Assembly: GCA_963741945.1 (NCBI GenBank)
Contig: CAVUKA010000005.1
Span: 384,001 to 448,000 of the forward strand
DNA: 64,000 bases
Source of the DNA: an uncultured Gemmatimonadales bacterium
GTDB lineage: Bacteria; Gemmatimonadota; Gemmatimonadetes; Longimicrobiales; RSA9
Reading direction: 5' to 3'
Shown here: positions 57,157-64,000 of the stretch, piece by piece
How the letters are laid out: every line of letters starts with the position of its first letter
Position numbering within the stretch: position 1 is the first letter of the stretch
Made by a program: the position numbers and the translations under genes
Notes under the pieces: model-generated
Database searches by the model: none
What the model was told of the DNA's origin: nothing
The model's input: only the letters and a program-made list of their open reading frames with translations

Positions 57157-57187
57157 ACGGTAATCGCTGACGCTGCGTGAGGGTCAA
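57157..57187 (-). promoter_or_regulatory. MerR/TipA-type promoter with 19-bp spacer and dyad operator
   Basis: Minus strand reads TTGACC-CTCACGCAGCGTCAGCGAT (19 nt)-TACCGT. Confidence 0.8.
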
Positions 57188-58119
57188 GGCCCCCGCGATG
57201 CGGGGTCGAACACGGGCGATGCGGCCGCGCGCCGGAGCGCCCGTTCGGCGAGATCCGCCACGCGCAGCATGCCATAATCGTTCAGCCGCTCCACGCGGTC
57301 CTCCGTGGTGTGGTAGTCCGGGTGGAGCCCGGTGAAGAGGTGGATGGCCGGAATGCCGGCGTGATGGAAGGTGGCATGATCGGAGTCGTCGTCCATGGGC
57401 TCGAAGCGGAGGTCGAGATCGACGCCTTCGTTGGCGTCCAGGAGGATCGCCTCCCAGGCCGGATGGGTGGACGCTCCGATGACCGTGAGGCGTCCGCGTC
57501 GCAGGCGTCCCACCATGTCGAGGTTGATCATGGCCACGGCGGAGTCCAGGGGGAGCGGCGCCCCGGCGATGAACTTCGCGGAGCCCAGCAGGCCCAGCTC
57601 CTCGGCGTCGAAAGCCACGAAGACGATCGTTCGAGCGGCAGGCCGCCGCGCCACGCGCCGGGCCAGCTCCAGCAGCGTGGCCACACCGGATGCGTTGTCG
57701 TCCGCCCCGGGCCGGATGCCCGTCCGAGCGGGATCGCGGGACAGCGGGGCCAGTCGGCCGATGTGGTCGTAGTGCGCGCCCACCACCACGTACTGCCCCC
57801 GCAGGCGGGCGTCCGATCCTCGCGCTATTCCGGCCACGTTGACGCCCTCGCCGTTCATGAGCACGCCGTGAACGTCGAACGGCTGCCGGATCACCGGGTC
57901 GAGCCCAGCTTCCCGGAACCGGCGGGCGATATAGCTCATCGCCTGGTCCCGCCCCGCCGACCCGAGCACCCGCCCATCACGGGCCGCATCGCCCAGATAG
58001 CCGACGTCCGCGGCCATGGCCGCAGCCACTGGCGGCGCTGGCGGCGGCGGGAGCGGCGGCTGGCATGCGACGAGGAACGCCAGCAGCGCCCCCGCGATGG
58101 GAGCGACCGGACGAATCAT
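57184..58119 (-). CDS. M28-family peptidase lipoprotein
   Basis: Lipobox LVAC, GAHYDH, GADDNASG, AEELGLLGS, NLDMVG and YHT. Confidence 0.92.
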   Translation of the reverse strand: MIRPVAPIAGALLAFLVACQPPLPPPPAPPVAAAMAADVGYLGDAARDGRVLGSAGRDQAMSYIARRFREAGLDPVIRQPFDVHGVLMNGEGVNVAGIARGSDARLRGQYVVVGAHYDHIGRLAPLSRDPARTGIRPGADDNASGVATLLELARRVARRPAARTIVFVAFDAEELGLLGSAKFIAGAPLPLDSAVAMINLDMVGRLRRGRLTVIGASTHPAWEAILLDANEGVDLDLRFEPMDDDSDHATFHHAGIPAIHLFTGLHPDYHTTEDRVERLNDYGMLRVADLAERALRRAAASPVFDPASRGP

Positions 58120-58281
58120 CCCCGCGGCGCGAACCGTGCCCGGCCGACCACATGCCTCACGCTGCCACTCTCGCACCTTGCCTCCCGTTCCGGGCCGCGG
58201 GTCGCGCGTTCCGCTCCCCCACCCCATAATATCGGCCACCCCGACCACGACACAGGCACACCCGGGTTTCAGGAGACACCA

Positions 58282-60351
58282 ATGCGCACCACGGCGCCGC
58301 TGCTGTCCTTACTCCTCCTTGCCACCGCCATTTCGACAGCGGACGCTCAGGCCGGCTCACCCGCTGCGGAACGGTTCACGGTCGACCGCGCCATCGACAT
58401 GACGCGAGTGGGAAACCCGGAGCTCAGCCCCGATGGCCGCCGCGTCCTGTTCACGAGGACCGAGCTGAACTGGGACGACAACGACCGGCTGACCCGCCTC
58501 TGGATCGCCAACGCCAATGGCAGCGACGCGCGCCCGTACACGGCCGAGAAGGGCGATGGCTCGCCGCAGTGGTCCCCCGACGGCCGCTGGATCGCGTTCG
58601 CCCGCTCCGCCGATGACGACGATGACGACGCCGGCAGTGGACGCCAGATCTGGCTCATCCGCACCGACGGCGGCGAGGCGAGGCAGCTCACGCACCACGC
58701 CACCAGCGTGCGCGCCTTCCAGTGGACGCCAGACGCCCGGCGGCTCGTTTTCATCGCTGCCGACAGTGTCCCGAAGAAGGAGAAGGACGAGCGGAAGGAC
58801 GGCTACGACGCCGTGATCGTGGACGAGGGGCCGAACGGCCAGAGCCGCGGCAGCTGGTCCAATCTCTGGTGGGTCCCCGCCGATTTCGACGACGCCGACG
58901 CCCGGCCGATCACCAGCGGCGAGCGCATCGTCGGCGACTTCGATGTCGACCCCGCCGGTGAGCGGGTGGCGTTCACCTTCCGCACCGAGGACCGACGCAA
59001 CGACGAGTTCCGCTCCGAGATCGCCGTGGTGGGGATGGATGGTGGAGAGATCCGCGAGCTCACGCACAACGAAGCGCCCGAGTCGGGACTCCGCTGGACG
59101 CCCGATGGCACGTCGCTGCTCTTCGTGGCGCCATCGCTCGAGACCTGGACCCTCGACCAGGGCAACCTCTACTTCATGGACCCGGCCACCGGGGACACCC
59201 GGCAGCTCCTGGCCGACTCCGACCTCGACATCCGCGTCGGCGGGTTCACGCGCGACGGCCGCTTCCTCGACTTCACCGCCACGGATGGCACCGTCACCAA
59301 CTTCTACCGCCTCGACCTCCGCCGAGGCGAGGTCCGGCCCATGAGCCAGTGGAGGGGCGTGGTGGGGAGCGCCAGCTGGTCCCGCGATCACGAACGCGTG
59401 GCGTTCACGTTCGAAACCCCCACCTCGCCACCGGAAGTCTACACGTCCGCGTTCAACCGGCGCATGGAGCGCACGGCCGTCACCGACGTGGGCGCCGACA
59501 TCCGCGAACTCGCGCTCGCGGAGCCCGAAGTCGTCCAGTGGACGAGCACGGATGGGCTGCCCGTCGAGGGAATCCTCTACCCCGCACTGGGAGACCGCTC
59601 CGCCCCCGGCGCCTTCGTGCTCCACATCCATGGCGGCCCCGCCGGCGGCTATACGCTCGGCTTCAACCCCGACGCCCAGATCCTGGCCGCCCATGGCTTT
59701 GCCGTGCTCGAGCCCAACGTCCGCGGCTCCACCGGCTATGGCGACGATCTCCTGCGCGGCAATGTCAACGACATCGGCGGCGGCGACTTTCAGGACCTCA
59801 TGAGCGGCGTCGACGCCATGATCGAGCGCGGCGTGGCCGACCCCGACTCCATGGCCGTCAAAGGATGGAGCTATGGCGGGATCCTCGGCGGCTGGACCAT
59901 CACCCAGACCGACCGGTTCAAGGCCGCTTCCCTCGGCGCCATGGTCGCCGACTGGCCGGGCGAGTTCGGCGTGGGCTTCAACTACGACGTCACTCGCTGG
60001 TATCTCGGCGGCGACCCGTGGTCGAACCGGGCCTTCTGGATCGAGCGCAGCGCGTTCTACCACGCCGACCAGATCCACACACCCACCATCCTCTTCCACG
60101 GCGATGAGGACTCCACCGACACGCCCGGTCAGTCCATGAACTTCCACGCCGCCCTCAGCCGCTTCGGCGTCCCGAACCGCCTCATCCGCTTCCCGCGCGA
60201 GCCCCACGGGTTCCGTGAGCCGCGTCATCAGCGCACTCGCATGGTCGAGGAGCTGCGCTGGTTCGAGCAGTACGTCCGCGGAAACCCCGACTGGCAGGCG
60301 CCGGAGCGCGCCGGAAAGGAAGACGCGAAAGCCGCGAACGCCGGAGCCTGA
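58282..60351 (+). CDS. S9-family (prolyl oligopeptidase-like) peptidase
   Basis: Signal peptide, PD40-like repeats, HGGP, GWSYGG, HGDED and EPHG; AGGAG RBS. Confidence 0.93.
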   Translation: MRTTAPLLSLLLLATAISTADAQAGSPAAERFTVDRAIDMTRVGNPELSPDGRRVLFTRTELNWDDNDRLTRLWIANANGSDARPYTAEKGDGSPQWSPDGRWIAFARSADDDDDDAGSGRQIWLIRTDGGEARQLTHHATSVRAFQWTPDARRLVFIAADSVPKKEKDERKDGYDAVIVDEGPNGQSRGSWSNLWWVPADFDDADARPITSGERIVGDFDVDPAGERVAFTFRTEDRRNDEFRSEIAVVGMDGGEIRELTHNEAPESGLRWTPDGTSLLFVAPSLETWTLDQGNLYFMDPATGDTRQLLADSDLDIRVGGFTRDGRFLDFTATDGTVTNFYRLDLRRGEVRPMSQWRGVVGSASWSRDHERVAFTFETPTSPPEVYTSAFNRRMERTAVTDVGADIRELALAEPEVVQWTSTDGLPVEGILYPALGDRSAPGAFVLHIHGGPAGGYTLGFNPDAQILAAHGFAVLEPNVRGSTGYGDDLLRGNVNDIGGGDFQDLMSGVDAMIERGVADPDSMAVKGWSYGGILGGWTITQTDRFKAASLGAMVADWPGEFGVGFNYDVTRWYLGGDPWSNRAFWIERSAFYHADQIHTPTILFHGDEDSTDTPGQSMNFHAALSRFGVPNRLIRFPREPHGFREPRHQRTRMVEELRWFEQYVRGNPDWQAPERAGKEDAKAANAGA

Positions 60352-60461
60352 TCACCGGAGCCGACCGGAGCCGGTCCGAGAGCCTGGATTGCGCACGAAG
60401 GCCATGAACGCGGCGCCGGAAGCGCTCTCCCGGCACGGCTCGTTCCCCGACTCGGAGCGAA

Positions 60462-60491
60462 CGGCCGGGGGAGTTGCTGCTCCCCCGGCCG
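60462..60491. terminator. Inverted repeat between convergent genes
   Basis: CGGCCGGGGGAG-ttgctg-CTCCCCCGGCCG. Confidence 0.55.
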
Positions 60492-60571
60492 CTTCCGTTA
60501 CCCTCGATCGTTCCCGGCCCCACGACTTCGCGTGAGACCCGTTGCCCCTGACGGGGCCTCCTGCCTCTCGC

Positions 60572-61063
60572 TCAGGACTCGGCCTCCCGGTTCACCCGGC
60601 TCTCCGCGATCCGCGACAGCTTGTGGTCCGTCTCCCCTTCCTCGTTCAACGTCTGCTGCAGCAGCTCCGCCGCACGGCTGTTCCCGAGCCGGCGCGCAAA
60701 CGTCCGGGCACTCCCGTACGCCGCCATCTCGTAGTGCTCCACCCGCTGCGCCGCCGCGATCATCGCCGCATCACGGACTTCGCCCTCGTCCGCTTCCTTC
60801 ATCCCCTCCTCCCCTTCCTCGATGATCCCGCGGATCCCCCTGCACTTCACGCCGCCCGGCTTCTCGCCGATGTCGTCGAAGATCTCCTCCAGACGCCTCA
60901 CGTGCCCCTCCGTCTGGCGACGATGCTCCTCGAACGCGCTCCGCAACTCTTCGTGCTGCGACTTCTCCGCCATCTTCGGCAGCGCCTTCAGGATCTGCCT
61001 CTCCGCATCGTGCAGGTCCTTCAGCTCGTGCACGAACAGCTCCTCGAGATTCTTGACGCCCAT
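60572..61063 (-). CDS. yciF: YciE/YciF ferritin-like protein (DUF892)
   Basis: ELKDLHDAERQI, EEH..QTEGH, AQRVEHYEMAAYG and TLNEEGETD. Confidence 0.92.
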   Translation of the reverse strand: MGVKNLEELFVHELKDLHDAERQILKALPKMAEKSQHEELRSAFEEHRRQTEGHVRRLEEIFDDIGEKPGGVKCRGIRGIIEEGEEGMKEADEGEVRDAAMIAAAQRVEHYEMAAYGSARTFARRLGNSRAAELLQQTLNEEGETDHKLSRIAESRVNREAES

Positions 61064-61163
61064 CGCTCTTCCCCCTTGGCCAAATGTGTGTCCCAGAATG
61101 CGAAACCGCCGCGAGATCCCGCCCCGCGACGGCACTCCCCACCGTCGCAATCGCCATACCGGT

Positions 61164-61235
61164 CACACCCTTCCGCACACCCCTCCGCACACCCCTCCGC
61201 ACACCCCTCCGCACACCCCTCCGCACACCCCTCCC
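61164..61235. repeat. 12-bp tandem repeat, 6 copies (CACACCCCTCCG)
   Basis: Six consecutive units; the first and last each have one mismatch. Confidence 0.95.
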
Positions 61236-61280
61236 AGCCCCCTTCCGGGCACTTCCAATGGCCGCGCCCCAGCCGTGCTT

Positions 61281-61327
61281 CTTTGTGAGACAAAGTACTT
61301 GACGTATACCGCCGCCATCGCCATCCT
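61281..61327 (+). promoter_or_regulatory. Palindromic operator and promoter of a probably leaderless operon
   Basis: CTTTGT-gag-ACAAAG at 61281-61295, then TTGACG-17 nt-CATCCT ending 6 nt before the ATG at 61334. Confidence 0.65.
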
Positions 61328-61333
61328 CTGCGC

Positions 61334-61930
61334 ATGGGAACACCTGAGCGGGCGCACCCGATTGCGCTGCACGAGCGCGCGGCGGACAACCTCCGTTTCA
61401 TCCGCGAGACCATGGAGCGCGCCACTGCGTTCACGGCTCTGTCGGGGTCGGGGTTCGTGCTGGTTGGGCTGACGGCGGTGCTGGCGTCGGGAGCGGCGGC
61501 GATCCAGCCCACGCCGGGTCGCTGGCTGGGGGTATGGGTGGGGGAGCTGGTGCTGGCGGGGATGATTTCCGTTGGCACGACGGCGCGGAAGGCGCGGGCG
61601 CAGGGCGTCGCCCTGCGTTCGCACACTGCGCGCAAGCTGCTGCTGGCGTTCGCGCCGCCGATGGTGGCCGGGGCGCTCCTGACGGCCGCGGCGTTCCGGG
61701 GCGGGAACATGTGGTTGCTGCCGGGATTGTGGCTGGTGCTGTATGGCGCGGGCGTGATGACGGGGGGCGCGTACAGCGTCCGCGTGGTGCCGCTGATGGG
61801 TTCGGTGTTCATCGGGGTGGGGGGGCTGGCGCTTCTGGTTCCCGGGTGGGGAGACGAGCTGCTCGCGCTGGGGCTGGGCGGTCTGCACGTGGTTCTGGGC
61901 GCGTTGATCTGGAGGCGGCACGGTGGCTGA
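61334..61930 (+). CDS. Hypothetical membrane protein
   Basis: AADNLRFIRETMERA..FTALSG followed by about six TM segments. Confidence 0.8.
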   Translation: MGTPERAHPIALHERAADNLRFIRETMERATAFTALSGSGFVLVGLTAVLASGAAAIQPTPGRWLGVWVGELVLAGMISVGTTARKARAQGVALRSHTARKLLLAFAPPMVAGALLTAAAFRGGNMWLLPGLWLVLYGAGVMTGGAYSVRVVPLMGSVFIGVGGLALLVPGWGDELLALGLGGLHVVLGALIWRRHGG

Positions 61931-62294
61931 GGCGCGGGCGTCGCGAGGTGCCGCGGTGGCGAGGTCCGGATCGGGCGGTAAGGCCGGGGGCCTGGTGGCG
62001 CCGGCGCCGGATCTCAACCGGCTGATCCACGAGCGCGTGCGGCTCGGGATCGTGAGCGCGTTGGCGGTGAACCAGACGCTGGCGTTCAACGACCTGAAGG
62101 AGCTGCTGGGATTGACGGATGGCAATCTGAGCGCCCATGCCCGCAAGCTGGAGGACGCGGGCTACATCCGGTGCATCAAGGATTACGATGGGCGGGTGCC
62201 GCGAACGCGGTATCGCCTGACGGCCGAGGGTCGATTGGCCCTGGAAGGTTATTTGGAGCACATGGAAGCCCTGATCCGGGCTGTCCGGGACTGA
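61923..62294 (+). CDS. Winged-helix transcriptional regulator (HTH_34/MarR-like)
   Basis: [29 protein letters not shown] and T.Y.LT..G. Confidence 0.9.
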   Translation: MAEARASRGAAVARSGSGGKAGGLVAPAPDLNRLIHERVRLGIVSALAVNQTLAFNDLKELLGLTDGNLSAHARKLEDAGYIRCIKDYDGRVPRTRYRLTAEGRLALEGYLEHMEALIRAVRD

Positions 62295-62311
62295 TTGGAT
62301 ACGCCTCGGCA

Positions 62312-63076
62312 ATGACAGAACGCAGAGATTTCGCGCGGAAATTCGGGCAGCACGCCGCACCCGACGGCGAGCGACTGCACGTGGCGATCATCATGGACGG
62401 CAACGGCCGGTGGGCCACGCGCCGGCGGCGGCCGCGCTCGCGGGGCCACCGTCGCGGCTCGGGCGTCGTGCGCCCCATCGTGGAGGCGGCGGCGCAGCCC
62501 GAGCTCGGCATCGGCATCCTGACGCTGTACGCGTTCTCATCGGACAACTGGGCGCGGCCGCCGCAGGAGGTCGCCGCGCTCATGACGCTCCTCGAGGAGT
62601 ACCTGGCGAGGGAGACTCCGCATTGCGTGGAGAACGGGATCCGCCTGCAGGTGATCGGGCGTCGGGATCGGATCCCCGCAGCGCTGGTGGAAGCCATCGA
62701 GGCCGCGGAGGCGGCCACGGCGGAGGGCCGGGCGCTCACGCTGCGCCTTGCCATCGACTACTCCGGTCGCGACGCCATTCTGCGCGCTGCGGCGCGGGCA
62801 CTGTCCGCGGACGCGTGTGGCAGCCGGGAGGCGTTCTCGGCGGTGCTCGGCCAGGTGGAGGGCTGTTCGGGTGGCGCACCGGATGTCGACCTGCTGATCC
62901 GGACCGGCGGAGAGCAGCGTCTGAGCGATTTCCTGCTGTGGGAGTGCGCCTATGCCGAGCTCTACTTCACGCCCACGCTCTGGCCCGACTTCACCGACCG
63001 TGACCTGAGGGAGGCGGTTGTGGAGTTCCGTCGCCGGGATCGCCGCTTCGGCCGGGTCCTGGATCCCGCCGTTTGA
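62312..63076 (+). CDS. uppS: cis-Prenyltransferase (undecaprenyl diphosphate synthase family)
   Basis: [23 protein letters not shown] and [16 protein letters not shown]. Confidence 0.93.
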   Translation: MTERRDFARKFGQHAAPDGERLHVAIIMDGNGRWATRRRRPRSRGHRRGSGVVRPIVEAAAQPELGIGILTLYAFSSDNWARPPQEVAALMTLLEEYLARETPHCVENGIRLQVIGRRDRIPAALVEAIEAAEAATAEGRALTLRLAIDYSGRDAILRAAARALSADACGSREAFSAVLGQVEGCSGGAPDVDLLIRTGGEQRLSDFLLWECAYAELYFTPTLWPDFTDRDLREAVVEFRRRDRRFGRVLDPAV

Positions 63077-63142
63077 GGCGACTGCGCCGCGCCGGACCGC
63101 GGATCTCATTGCGCACCGGCAATGGATCGGTACCTTGCCGAC

Positions 63143-63880
63143 ATGATCCGCTACGGCACTGTCATCTTCGACTGTGATTCCACGCTTTCGGCTCTCGAAG
63201 GAGTGGAGGCTCTGGCGGTCGGGAACCGCCGCGAAGTGGAGACGCTCACCGACTCGGCCATGCGCGGCGAGCTCCCCCTCGACGCGGTTTACGGTCGGCG
63301 CCTGGAGCTGATCCGCCCGAGCCGGGCGGCCGTGGAAGCGCTGGTCGACCGCTACATCGAGGAGCTGGTGGACGACGCCGCCGCGACGGTGGCCACATTG
63401 ACCGCGGCCGGCGTGGATGTTCGCGTGATTTCAGGTGGCCTGCGCCCGGCGGTGCTCGGCCTGACCCGGCACCTCGGACTCTCCGATGACGCCATCACCG
63501 CGGTGCCGGTCTACTTCGACGCCGCGGGCGAGTACGCCGGCTTCGATGAGCGCGCGCCCACGGCCCGTGCCGGCGGCAAGGCCGAGGTGATCCGCGCCCT
63601 GAGAGCCGCCCCGACCCCGCTCCCCGCCCGTGTCATGTTCGTGGGTGACGGCGCGACGGACCTGGAAGCCCGGGACGAGGTGGATCTGTTCGTCGCCTAT
63701 GCCGGCGTGATCGAGCGCCCCGAGGTGGTGGCCGCCGCCCCCGTCGTCCTCCGCGCCGCGTCCCTCGCCCCGATCCTGCCGCTTGCGCTCGGTGACACTC
63801 CCCCCGACGATGAGGCCGGGCGCCGCCTCTACGACCGGGGCAAGGCGCTCGTGGATCGGGGGCTCGTGGAATGGAAGTAG
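63143..63880 (+). CDS. serB: HAD-family phosphoserine phosphatase-like protein
   Basis: FDCDSTL, TDSAMRG, ISGG and VGDGATD. Confidence 0.8.
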   Translation: MIRYGTVIFDCDSTLSALEGVEALAVGNRREVETLTDSAMRGELPLDAVYGRRLELIRPSRAAVEALVDRYIEELVDDAAATVATLTAAGVDVRVISGGLRPAVLGLTRHLGLSDDAITAVPVYFDAAGEYAGFDERAPTARAGGKAEVIRALRAAPTPLPARVMFVGDGATDLEARDEVDLFVAYAGVIERPEVVAAAPVVLRAASLAPILPLALGDTPPDDEAGRRLYDRGKALVDRGLVEWK

Positions 63881-63927
63881 GATCCGGAGCCCCGGAAACG
63901 CCGACATCATCAGCGCGCAGGTCCCCC

Positions 63928-64000
63928 ATGGTCTCGAAGACAACCGAGTTCGGACGCTTCTTCCTCCCTGGACCCACGGAGGTGCGGCGCGAAGTCCTGG
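63928..64000 (+). CDS. Class V PLP aminotransferase, N-terminus (truncated by the window edge)
   Basis: MVSKTTEFGRFFLPGPTEVRREVL, containing the PGP motif. Confidence 0.7.
   Translation, partial: MVSKTTEFGRFFLPGPTEVRREVL

Noticed and set aside
57310-58281. N-terminal extension making the S9 peptidase 1013 aa
   Set aside because: It overlaps the M28 gene on the opposite strand; the RBS and signal peptide indicate a start at 58282.
61164-61235. CRISPR array or coding repeat (HTPP/GCAE ORFs)
   Set aside because: The 12-bp units have no spacers, and the ORFs crossing them are shadow frames.

Overview
This window is very GC-rich bacterial chromosome from a diderm organism. The gene mix (LPS cluster, PorX-like regulator, ADOP-type permease, many peptidases) suggests Gemmatimonadota, but that is inference. 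Left to right it contains: the katG 5' end and furA; a CheB-CheR-PAS-histidine kinase fusion; two convergent arsenic operons (arsR-arsP-thioredoxin and arsR-arsM-metallophosphoesterase); an AAA+/DUF4143 ATPase; tRNA-Val(CAC) and tRNA-Glu(CTC) separated by 61-bp hairpin tandem repeats; a lipid A/LPS core cluster (lpxL-like, two GT9, two GT4, GT2, msbA, Kdo kinase) containing a PorX-like REC-PglZ gene; topoisomerase IB; csoR-copA-copZ; a sugar ABC transporter with two glycoside hydrolases; and a run of stress and housekeeping genes (msrB, ANT(6)-like, acyl-CoA ligase, dapB, yfiT, DinB, ADH, FKBP, TipA, peptidases, YciF, wHTH, uppS, serB-like). I found no CRISPR array, transposase, integrase or rRNA. 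The most unusual signals are a ~134-bp palindromic MITE-like element read through in frame inside a permease gene, a candidate attenuator or small RNA before a Cys/His-rich lipoprotein, the tRNA spacer repeats, an ArsR-controlled Cys-motif metallophosphoesterase linked to arsM, an orphan PorX in the LPS locus, and a frameshifted heptosyltransferase. All product calls come from motif recognition by eye; no database searches were run.
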